Part shown: positions 1 through 9,024 of the stretch, piece by piece
Layout of the letters: each line of letters opens with the position of its first letter
Position numbering within the stretch: position 1 is the first letter of the stretch
From: Carpediemonas membranifera BICM
Lineage: Eukaryota > Protista > Fornicata
Assembly: GCA_019828565.1 (NCBI GenBank)
Contig: JAHDYR010000004.1
Location: 310,001-374,000, forward strand
DNA: 64,000 bases
Reading direction: 5' to 3'
Program-made: the position numbers and the translations under genes
The notes under the pieces: model-generated
Seen by the model: the letters and a program-made list of their open reading frames with translations, nothing else
Database searches by the model: none
What the model was told of the DNA's origin: nothing

Positions 1-1158
1 ACCACCCTCCCGAAGCGTCGCAGCAGACGCCCGCATCCGAATTCCAGCCTCCTCATCAGATGATGCGAACGAGTCGACCGTCACGTCCGAGGGATAGTCG
101 TATCGCGTGCCCTCCTTCTTTCTCGGTGCGACGGGCGGTAGCTGGTAGTGTGACCGCACCTGCTGCAGCCCGTCCCTGCTCCGCGCCAGCTCCCCCGCCA
201 GCGCCGTCCGGTCGTCATCGGCGACGGGTATCGGTTGGTGCAGGTTAGCGCGGTCGAAGAGGGAGATGACGGTCTCGTCGGCCGAGGGCGGACTGACCCC
301 GTCAGCTGGCGGGATTAGGGCCCTGCCTGCCCGGCGACGCTGCTCTATCAGCTGGCGGTCGTACCGCTTGGAGGCGACGACGGTGGCTATGAGGGCGCTA
401 TACAGCCCCAGAAGCAGCGCCGCGTCCGCCATGAAGTAAGCGTGACCCCGAATGACTTTCTTCTTCTTCGCTGCCATGTCTCTGGTCCTAAAGCTCAGCA
501 GCAGATAGTGTCGGGGCAGCAGCGGCTGGTGCTCTACGACGCCGGCCCCAGACCAGGCTCTGTCGCGGACGTAGTCGAGAGAGTGGCGGGAGGCCGTGCG
601 GTGGATGGGAAAGGCCTGCTGCTTCTCGAGGGATCGTCGGCGGTGGTACCGAGCAGCGATGGACTTGCTCACACTCTCGAGCTCCTCCATCTTGCTTGCC
701 CTGCTGTTGAAGGGGAGGTGCGTCGTCAAGGCGCTGTGCCGTATGCGAGAGGGCTTGATGCTCACAGTGTACTTGAAGTGACCTTGACCGGAGCATGACG
801 CTAGATCCTCTGCAATCACGTAGCTGTCATCGTCTGCGGGCTCGAACTGGAGCACGTAGTGGAGCAAACTGAGCGTTCCCCTGATTTTCTTCATGCCGAG
901 ACAGTAGAAGCAGGGAATTTGAACAATGGCCGTTGTTTGAGTTTCTACTATAGTTTCCAGCGTGCTTCCCGATGTTTGGGCGCCATGCATTTCTTGGTAA
1001 GTCTGGCACGCTGTGTTTGTCGGTCGTTGATGGTCAAAGTTCGCATCGGATCTTTTGAGTGAATCGGGCCGGGTCCGTCTGGCTCCCCTCTCTGCCCAGC
1101 CCGACCCCTTTCTACAAAGAGCAAGAGTCAAGGCGGGTCTTGGTGTGATTCTCTCCAT
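1..1158 (-). CDS. Hypothetical protein, 3'-partial (runs off the window edge); weak resemblance to the N-terminal region of OXR1/TLDc-family proteins
   Basis: Hand translation gives a stop-free frame from ATG 1158 to base 1 (MERITP...IPCFYCLGMKKIRGTLSLLHYVLQFEPADDSYV...). It is absent from the ORF track because it has no stop in the window. The family call is tentative. Confidence 0.55.
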   Translation of the reverse strand, partial: MERITPRPALTLALCRKGSGWAERGARRTRPDSLKRSDANFDHQRPTNTACQTYQEMHGAQTSGSTLETIVETQTTAIVQIPCFYCLGMKKIRGTLSLLHYVLQFEPADDDSYVIAEDLASCSGQGHFKYTVSIKPSRIRHSALTTHLPFNSRASKMEELESVSKSIAARYHRRRSLEKQQAFPIHRTASRHSLDYVRDRAWSGAGVVEHQPLLPRHYLLLSFRTRDMAAKKKKVIRGHAYFMADAALLLGLYSALIATVVASKRYDRQLIEQRRRAGRALIPPADGVSPPSADETVISLFDRANLHQPIPVADDDRTALAGELARSRDGLQQVRSHYQLPPVAPRKKEGTRYDYPSDVTVDSFASSDEEAGIRMRASAATLREGG

Positions 1159-1234
1159 GCACCCTTAACCCACAAAGTGACGCGCCCAACAACAGCACCC
1201 ACCGTATCGAACCACTAAGCCCCACACCATTTAC

Positions 1235-2199
1235 TCAGATATGCCTCGGCTTGCCCACCCAGACATCCTCCTCCTTCGGCTTCTCGGGGCGCCTGGCCTC
1301 CTCCGTCTTCGGAGCCGCACTTCTACCACCCACAACGCCGCCGTTGATAGTCCTTGCCTTGCCCGAGAACCAGGCGTCCTCGTCGTCCTTGCGCTGGGCC
1401 GTGCCACCGTTGATGAGGTGCACTCCCCTGATTTTGCTGCTACTGCTACCATTGCCGTTACCGTTACCAATCTTGGCGGCAGGCTTCTTCCCGAACGATA
1501 TGGTATGCGTCGCGGTGCCGCTGCTTGCTCCCGAGGCGGCTGGGGTGATGACGGGCTCGGGCGTCGGCTCAACATACCCTACTGGGGCGGCAAAGTCCAC
1601 AGAGAGGTCGGTGTCGATGATGCAGCCTGCGTTGATGTCGTCGACGCCGGCCTTGAGCTCCAGGATGCGGAGGTCGTAGCTCTTGTTGTTGTAGTGGATG
1701 CGGATGATCTCGTTCTTAGTGAGACACGAGAACTTCACCAAGTGGTACTCTAGCACCGCTCTATGGTCTGTGATGTCCAGGAACGACGTGTCTTGGGCCT
1801 GAAGCTTGGCGAACGTCGCCTTGCGGAGGCTCACATACCGCAACTTCACCAGATCCATCGACCGGAGCCCGAGGTTGTCCATGAGCCAATATGGCATGAT
1901 ACAGGCCCCTTCCTGCGCACTGAACTCGAGGACTCCGACATGTGTGGTGGCATGGGTGAGGACGTTGGACACTTCGAAGATGAAGGGGAAGTCGTAGTTC
2001 TTGTCTGCTATGTGAGAAGGTCGTGTGTGGACGTACTAAGCTCGTGCAGGACGGACATTGGGAGAAAGAGCTTCCCCTGCTCGTCAAGCTCGTTTCTTGG
2101 GCTCGGCGGCTGGTAGTTCTCACCGTATACTTCTGTGAAGTTCAGAGCGTTGTATGTTTTGTTCAAAGCACCTTGGGATCCAAACCACGATCTTAGCAT
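1235..2199 (-). CDS. UFD1: Ubiquitin fusion degradation protein UFD1; 2 exons, 29-nt intron at 2008-2036
   Basis: Motifs GKLFLP, THVGVLEFSA, MPYWLM, FAKLQ, DHRAVLE and DLSVDFAAPVGY. Removing GTACGT...CTCACATAG joins the two ORFs in frame (LHELTDKNYDFPFIFEV). Confidence 0.93.
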
Positions 2200-2596
2200 T
2201 GCTCTCTATTATGTACGTGGCTCAGGCCGTTGTGACCGACTCGAACGACTCGACGCCTTCGTCAGCATGACATCATCATGCTGTAATGTCTGCTAGCTGT
2301 CATGCTGGGATCAGTGGTGCACTCTTGCGAGCGTTGGGCGTCGGGTTGACTCAGGATGCCATGATGACAAGGTCAGTCGTGGTCAGGGCGATCGGGTTGT
2401 AGTACAGATAATAGCTCCTATCAGCTATGAATGATTGGCCTGCGGGATCAGTACCACCCAGCAGGTCCTTAGCCGATCATGCTCATCATTGTGACTCCAG
2501 ACTGACCCCGCCTCCGCCTGTCCTATCATGCGGTGATCAGGCGTGGGTGCCAGACAGCCTCCAGCCCTGGTAGGAGCGAGCTCAGTGCATCATTTG

Positions 2597-3328
2597 ATGA
2601 GCATGCAAGAATCGTGTTCATCAATGACGGAAGGACAACGCCGTCAGACCGAGAACTCGACAAATATCACCAATAATGCCAAAATGATGTTAGAAACCGA
2701 GGAGTTTAACTGCCTGGACCAGCTGGCGCAGAAATACTTACAGACCATGCGTGTTCCGCTCAACGAGAGCAGTGTTCTCTCTGAGCTCGCGGATATGTGC
2801 AGTGTACTAGATATTACACATCCTACTGAGGCTGAAATGATCAATGCTATCGCCGGCATGGAGTTGGACGAGATGACTCTCCGTCGGGACATCGCCCGCC
2901 TGGAATCAGAGCTTAACGCCACGAACAAGGCCGCTGAGCAGATGAATGCACTCCATACCACGCTCTCCGAGGTCGTCATTCCGCCAGACGCCGAGATCGA
3001 GACCATGGCCGCCCAGGCGGGGGAGGCGCTCGATGCCGTCAAGTCCTACGCGGACGTCTCGTGGAAGCAGGTCGAAAAACTGTCAGAGCAGCTTAAGGAG
3101 GCCGGGTTTGTCCCTGGACTGAAGCACGAGAGCGTTGTGGGGCTGTCAAAGGAGCAGGAGGACCTCAGGACGAAGCTAGCATCCTTCCAGCGTCAGCTAG
3201 GAGTGTACGGCGCCCTACCAGCCAACCTGGATGCGGCCAGCAGTGTGATTGGGCGATCATTCACGGAGCTGGAGCAGCTCAGGGCCGAGGTCCAGGACAT
3301 GATGTTCGACGACGCCCTAGGCATGTGA
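2597..3328 (+). CDS. Coiled-coil protein, HAUS1 (augmin subunit 1)-like
   Basis: The C-terminus LGVYGALPANLDAASSVIGRSFTELEQL resembles the HAUS1 Y..LPP...A...IE....EL pattern. Start codon is uncertain. Confidence 0.6.
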   Translation: MSMQESCSSMTEGQRRQTENSTNITNNAKMMLETEEFNCLDQLAQKYLQTMRVPLNESSVLSELADMCSVLDITHPTEAEMINAIAGMELDEMTLRRDIARLESELNATNKAAEQMNALHTTLSEVVIPPDAEIETMAAQAGEALDAVKSYADVSWKQVEKLSEQLKEAGFVPGLKHESVVGLSKEQEDLRTKLASFQRQLGVYGALPANLDAASSVIGRSFTELEQLRAEVQDMMFDDALGM

Positions 3329-3551
3329 GGGGGTTATGAGAGGATACGTACACTGTATGTATATGGTAAAGGCGACCTGCCCTGACGGCTGGTTGGAGGT
3401 GATGGAAGATGGATGTCGGAAGACGGTGAACATTCGGATGTATATATAAGCTGAATCGCCATAAAACACACACTCGGATGTCAGAAGGCCGCCCCCAGCC
3501 CCAATCATTCCCTCGCCCTCCCTCCCCTTCGACTCTCGGCAGTCGGCAAGA

Positions 3552-4814
3552 ATGAACGCCACGCCCATTACGCTGGACCTCGACGACGAGCTGCCCGTTG
3601 CAAAGATGGACATGTCCGTACGAAGGGTGGATTCAACACCAGTGCTTCCTTTGAACAGTCTCATGGTCACACCCGGCTCCAAGGCGGAAATCATCCTGGA
3701 ACGGGAGCTTGCGAAGCTCGAAGAGATCGAAAGACAGTACAAAGCTCTTAAGCTAGAGCATGAAGAGCTGGAAGCAGATCATCAGACCGTCTGCGAGCAT
3801 AACGAGGCCATGGATACCACCATCGCCCGCCAAACGGCCGAGATCTCGGACCTACTCGTACACCGGTCCTCCACAGTCAGCAAGCAGACCCAGTCTCTCC
3901 GTACCAAGGTCCAGCAGGCAGCAGCAGACTTCAAGTCCTTCCGCGACTCAACTGCAGCCTCCCTCGCCCAGCTCCAGCAACAGTTCATGGCCGCCATGCT
4001 CGCCACAGTAGCCCTCATCCCCCCCAGTGCTGCTTCCACTGCCCGCATACTCTGTGTCCTGACTGGGAGTGACGGTGCCCCTGCCCTTACGGTCGACCCG
4101 GCCTCGGTCGCCCTTGGCAAGGGTGGGCTCAGGGTTGTGGCGTCTGCTGAGGCAAGGGGGAGGCTACAGGAGGTCAAATACGGACCATATGATGAAGTGA
4201 TTATCTCAGAATCTCTAGATATGACTCCGACAGTCGCTTCTGTTCTTCCTGCGATGACGCACGGTCGACCCGCCACCGTCGTCCTTGTCGGCACAAGTGT
4301 CGGTGCCCTGAAGCAGTCCGCTGTGAACGCCATCCATGTTGCGGGAGAGATTCTTCCGACCATCCGTAAGAATCTTTTCGTCGTCCGGTCCTGTTTCATT
4401 GCCGACGGGGGGTATCGAGAGACCATTGAGCGGCCGGCCTCGCGGATGGACTCCATATGCCAAGCCATCCCCGAACACGCGACACATGCCCTCTTCCAGC
4501 TCGGGACTGTCGCAGACTCTGCCCGACCCGCCGACCCGAGCCAGACACCGCTCCTCTCTATCCTCCTGCTCACCCCGGGCCCCTTCACCGCCAAGCTCTC
4601 AGCGGACACGTCGTCTTCTCTGGCCCGGGTGGTGCGGTCGTTGGCCCACGGGAGGCCGGCCGCTGGGCTGTGTGACACGGAGTTCAGTAGAAGGCTGGAC
4701 GGGTGCGTTGACGGCAGTGTTATGGCGCTGGTGCTTGTTGGCGACCGGTGTGGTGCGGGGGTCGAGGCGACATGTCGCGTGCTTGAGTTCGGTCAAGCCC
4801 TGACGTTCGCCTGA
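3552..4814 (+). CDS. Coiled-coil protein with a degenerate C-terminal kinesin motor-homology domain (kinesin-14 layout, no P-loop)
   Basis: ARILCV, YDEV, SLARVVRSLA, DTEFSRRLDGCVDGSVMALVLV and TCRVLEFG follow the order of kinesin motor elements. GxxGSGKT, SSRSH and DLAGSE are absent. Confidence 0.6.
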   Translation: MNATPITLDLDDELPVAKMDMSVRRVDSTPVLPLNSLMVTPGSKAEIILERELAKLEEIERQYKALKLEHEELEADHQTVCEHNEAMDTTIARQTAEISDLLVHRSSTVSKQTQSLRTKVQQAAADFKSFRDSTAASLAQLQQQFMAAMLATVALIPPSAASTARILCVLTGSDGAPALTVDPASVALGKGGLRVVASAEARGRLQEVKYGPYDEVIISESLDMTPTVASVLPAMTHGRPATVVLVGTSVGALKQSAVNAIHVAGEILPTIRKNLFVVRSCFIADGGYRETIERPASRMDSICQAIPEHATHALFQLGTVADSARPADPSQTPLLSILLLTPGPFTAKLSADTSSSLARVVRSLAHGRPAAGLCDTEFSRRLDGCVDGSVMALVLVGDRCGAGVEATCRVLEFGQALTFA

Positions 4815-5242
4815 TGCCTTGAGGGCTGTATTATAGTGTATTGTTAGTAAAGATGACATGGTTAGTGGGATGAGCGGCGAGGAAATGGTAGATCCCGTTA
4901 TCCAGTACAGGATCTCCAAGTGGGTCTGGTCGGCGGAGAAGTCTCGCCTTTGGTATTCAGCGGTCACCTGACACGGCCCGATGCGCGGAATACACTTCAT
5001 CGGTGTCTATTGCACCTGGACCGAGCTGGCGTGGGTCCATGGAGAACACACATGCTTGAACGGCCGGCTGCCCGCCACGAAGACCAGGTGAACAGGTCAA
5101 TGTTCGCGCTGATCGTATGTCCTCCAGATGTGGGATCCATACCCATGGAAGGCGATTTCCGAAGTGGTTCATTTACATGAGATACATTGGTCATGTATCG
5201 CAACGAGAAACAATTTTCCTCAAACACGAGACGTAGCAGAAG

Positions 5243-5497
5243 ATGAGTATTTCTGTTACTGAGAAGGAAGCTCTTGAATGCAGGAAGAGAATCGAAGCCC
5301 TCTTCTCCGAGATCAAGGGCGGAAACATGAGGGAGAAGATCGACAAGTCCAACTGCAAGGAGAAAGAGAAGATGGTGGAAGCGTGGAAGTTCGTATGTGA
5401 CCTGGTTCACACCCCCGACACTGTCCAGGGCAAGCTTGCACAGGTCCGGGAGTACGCGGCATGGCTGAAGCACATGAGGAAGTTCAAGGCGGTGTAA
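5243..5497 (+). CDS. Small hypothetical protein (84 aa)
   Basis: ATG-started ORF with codon usage like neighbouring genes and AATAAA about 25 nt after the stop. No recognisable domain. Confidence 0.45.
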   Translation: MSISVTEKEALECRKRIEALFSEIKGGNMREKIDKSNCKEKEKMVEAWKFVCDLVHTPDTVQGKLAQVREYAAWLKHMRKFKAV

Positions 5498-5770
5498 CTG
5501 GTACACAGCCGCGGCGTGATGAATAAATCTCTCTCAGTTGACCATGGGCGTGACATCCACGCACACATGACCGACCTGGCGTTGCGTGGACTACTACACC
5601 CGCGGGTCAGTGGGTTTCATTCATACTCTCGGGAGAGACTCGGACCGACGAACGGGCGAATTAGGAGCCTGTTTACGGGTCTGGGAGTAGCTTGGTCATC
5701 TGCGGTTGATAAAAAGTGCCGGAAACGGGCTGTTTGAGATCGGTGCACTTTATGCCAGATTGGCGAAGAA

Positions 5771-6385
5771 ATGGCCAAGAAGGTGATAGAGATCGTTGCT
5801 CCCAAGGATTCAGTCCTCGTTCCTCGTATATTCAACGCAATGGCGAAATTGACGAAGACTGAGATCCAGCTCGTCGGCCCTGACGTCGTGAACACCGAGA
5901 ACACTGCCATGGGCATCACTGACACTCCTCTGGTTAAGATCGGGAGCCAGTACTACTCTGGCTTGCTAGTATCACTCCGTACACTCTGCTCCGCCTCCAA
6001 GAACCACCCGATCGCCATCAAGGACAACGCCATCCAAGCCAACGTCGACGAGTGGATCACATTCATCGTCACATCCGTCTGCCCCAAGCTCTTCTGCGAG
6101 CACGACGACAGCGCTGTCGTTGAGGCGCTCGAGTTCATGAACGAGCAGCTTGCGCCAGTGTCCTTCCTCGCCAAGCTCGCGTCCGCGGCAGATGTCCTCA
6201 TGTACGTGCTCCTGCAGGACTACATGCGCCAGCACATGGCCGAGGTCATCTCCGCCCAGCCCCATGTGGTCCGCTGGTTCCAGTGCGTGCAGGGCTTCCT
6301 CCTCGCCGATGTCATTGCTAAGAGGCAGGTCGAGGGCCTGACCGAGGTTCAGATCACGGGTCTGCCTGAGACCGCCATGCCCTAG
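5771..6385 (+). CDS. GST C-terminal-fold protein (AIMP3/Arc1/eEF1B-gamma-like)
   Basis: ANVDEWI, LEFMNEQLAPVSFLA..SAADV and PHVVRWF are typical of the GST_C domain of translation and synthetase cofactors. Confidence 0.72.
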   Translation: MAKKVIEIVAPKDSVLVPRIFNAMAKLTKTEIQLVGPDVVNTENTAMGITDTPLVKIGSQYYSGLLVSLRTLCSASKNHPIAIKDNAIQANVDEWITFIVTSVCPKLFCEHDDSAVVEALEFMNEQLAPVSFLAKLASAADVLMYVLLQDYMRQHMAEVISAQPHVVRWFQCVQGFLLADVIAKRQVEGLTEVQITGLPETAMP

Positions 6386-6749
6386 ACGTGGGTTGGCGTA
6401 CTTTTACTGTAAATCCGCGGTTTACGGTTTGCCGGATCGGTGCTGATTCTAGCCAGCGAATCAGAACCTGGATGATTGATCGCATAGCTCCACCATATTT
6501 AGTGCTATTATGACGATATACATCTCCATTATCCGACTTTGCACCTGATCTCGGCCCGATCAGATCACAGGAGAAGTCGTATCAGGAGGCCGGGAAAGGC
6601 CTGAACGGAGTCCCACCAGGTGGTCAACGGTCGCCTGGGGTAATAAGGTGGATCATGCTGATCGTGGCAATCAAATCCGGGGCTGATACGGGTTGATTCT
6701 GTGACAAAATCGACTCGGCAAGTTCCAGCAACGAAGACAAAACGCGAAG

Positions 6750-8369
6750 ATGAACGGTTATCAGCTTATCCGCAACCAATTCAAGAACAAGGGCACTGCC
6801 TTCACACAAGAGGAGCGTGAGGCCCATGGCCTCGTCGGTCTTATTCCTCCTTGCGTTGAAACTATTGAGCAGCAGGTTGCCCGCTGCGAGGCTCAGTGGA
6901 AGGAGCTGAACACTGTCATGGACAAGTTCATCTATCTCTACCACCTCCAGCAGGCCAACGAGACTCTTTACTTCAAGTTCCTTCTCACCCACATTGAAGA
7001 GACTCTCCCCATCGTCTACACCCCCACCGTCGGCGCTGCGTGCGTCCAGTACTCTGATATCTGGCGCTCCTGGCCCAAGGGCATGTACCTGAACGCTAGC
7101 ATGGCTGGCAGCATCCGTAAGATCCTGGACAACTGGTATAACGAGGTCGACATCATCGTCGTCACGGACGGAACCAGAATCCTCGGCCTCGGTGACATTG
7201 GCATCAACGGCCACGGCATCCCCGTCGGCAAGCTTGCCCTCTACACTGTCGGCGCCGGCTTCGACCCCTCCCGCGTTCTCCCCATCACCCTCGACCTCGG
7301 GACGAACAACGACCCCCTCTCCCCCTTCTACATGGGCTCCAGGGACGGCCACCCCGACGAGGACAAGTACGTCGCCTACATCGACGAGTTTGTCGCCGCC
7401 GTCAAGGACAAGTGGCCCTCCAGCGTCCTCCAGTTCGAGGACTTCTCGAAGGTCCACGCGTTCGAGCTCCTCGAGCGCTACCGCTACGAGAGCCGCACCT
7501 TCAACGACGACATCCAGGGCACTGGCTGCATCGCCGCCGCGACGTTCGTCAACGCCTGCCGTGCGAGCAACACCACCCCCCGCGACCACCGCTTCATCTT
7601 CCTCGGCGCCGGTGCTGGCGGCGTAGGTGTGGCTGAGGCTCTTGCCCATCTCCTGGTCGGCCCCGACTACACGATCGAGCAGGCCCGCAAGCACTTCTAC
7701 CTCGTCGACTCCCGCGGCCTCGTGACGACCGCCGACGAGGCCAACCTGGCTGCTAACGAGCACAAGCGGCCCTATGCCCGCGACGACGTGCCTGCCGGCA
7801 CCCCCGTCCGCACACTCATGGACGTTGTGAAGTACGCCAAGCCCACTGCACTCATGGGCCTCTCCACCATCCCCGGCTCCTTCACCAAGGAGATCATCGG
7901 GGAGGCCTGCAAGAACACCGAGCGCCCTATCATCTTCGCCCTCTCGAACCCCACGTCCAAGTGCGAGATCCTGGCCCAGCAGTGCAGCGACTACTCCCAC
8001 GGCAAGGCGGTGTACGCCTCAGGCTCCCCCATGCCCGACGTCGACTTCGAGGGCAGGATGATCCCCCAGTACCAGTGCAACAACATGTACGTCTTCCCCG
8101 GCATCGGCCACGGCGCCATGCTCGCCCAGGCTAAGATCATCACCGAGGAGATGATCTCGGCCGCCGCGACGGCCTGCGCCAAGTACGTCCCCGACGAGGA
8201 GGTCGTCAAGGGCGTTCTCCTGCCCCGTCTCACGGACATCCGCGATATTTCCGCCCACGTCGCCGCCGCCGTCATGGAGGTCGCCTTCGAGCAGGGTCAC
8301 GCCATGGTCGAGCGCCCCGCCGACCTCGTCCAGTACGCCCGTGACCACCAGTGGAAGGTCCAGTACTAG
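6750..8369 (+). CDS. Malic enzyme (NAD(P)-dependent malate dehydrogenase, decarboxylating)
   Basis: Motifs NKGTAFT, PIVYTPTVG, VTDGTRILGLGDIG, QFEDF, FNDDIQGTG, GAGAGG, PIIFALSNPT and NNMYVFPG. Confidence 0.97.
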   Translation: MNGYQLIRNQFKNKGTAFTQEEREAHGLVGLIPPCVETIEQQVARCEAQWKELNTVMDKFIYLYHLQQANETLYFKFLLTHIEETLPIVYTPTVGAACVQYSDIWRSWPKGMYLNASMAGSIRKILDNWYNEVDIIVVTDGTRILGLGDIGINGHGIPVGKLALYTVGAGFDPSRVLPITLDLGTNNDPLSPFYMGSRDGHPDEDKYVAYIDEFVAAVKDKWPSSVLQFEDFSKVHAFELLERYRYESRTFNDDIQGTGCIAAATFVNACRASNTTPRDHRFIFLGAGAGGVGVAEALAHLLVGPDYTIEQARKHFYLVDSRGLVTTADEANLAANEHKRPYARDDVPAGTPVRTLMDVVKYAKPTALMGLSTIPGSFTKEIIGEACKNTERPIIFALSNPTSKCEILAQQCSDYSHGKAVYASGSPMPDVDFEGRMIPQYQCNNMYVFPGIGHGAMLAQAKIITEEMISAAATACAKYVPDEEVVKGVLLPRLTDIRDISAHVAAAVMEVAFEQGHAMVERPADLVQYARDHQWKVQY

Positions 8370-8926
8370 GCAGTTTATTAAACCGGAGTAGTTTAGGTCA
8401 GGTTGGTGTGAGACTGATCCAAGTGTCAGCCTGGGAATGGGATAAGTACTAATGTCTTCTGGTCGTTGCTGGAAAGAATACTCAGAACTCAACATGTGAG
8501 CAACACTCCCTTGCGGCGACCAAAGTATTTGGCGACCCAGTCACAGTATCGTGTGCGGATCGGCTTGAGTCAAGTGGAGTCGTCAGAGCTCAACCTGACC
8601 GGACCGGGATTGCAGACTTGAACCCTGATCAAACAACCCAGCAAAGAAGCCTCGGCCTACTCTCACCACAATCACCACAATGATCACCACAATGCGACGC
8701 GTGACAAAGGAATGCTATGGCGAACCATAATTATTGCCAAGAAGAAGAAGAAATTTAGTAGGTTCCATACTGGGTAAAGGGTTCGGGTTCACTCATTTTC
8801 CTAGTGTCCGAGTTGTCCTTCTATCCGCTCGCCTTGGGCAGTACACTCCTTTCAGTCAGCGAAGTGTAGCCCTTGGCAGGATATTGCATTCCCCCGTGGG
8901 CCCATCCCGGATCACACCAGGGCCTT

Positions 8927-9015
8927 TGTAGCTGAGGGTTTTGTCAGGTTTGACTCGCAAGAGTTTAGTGGAGATTTTAAGGATAAACGTTCCCAACAAC
9001 AGAGGCCGTATTACA
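8927..9015 (+). repeat. 5' LTR (89 bp)
   Basis: Exact direct repeat of 13246-13334 with TGTA/TACA inverted ends. Confidence 0.95.
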
Positions 9016-9024
9016 TTGAATTCA

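Noticed and set aside
4820-5240. Possible structured ncRNA (U2-like TCTCGCCTTTGG)
   Set aside because: The match is short and lacks the U2 branch-recognition sequence and Sm site.
6624-8000. Long antisense ORFs, e.g. 458 aa opposite malic enzyme, 474 aa at 29635-31059, 204 aa opposite RPL8
   Set aside because: Shadow frames of GC3-rich real genes; no motifs of their own.
8662-8693. TCACCACAA repeated three times
   Set aside because: Short simple repeat with no supportable function.
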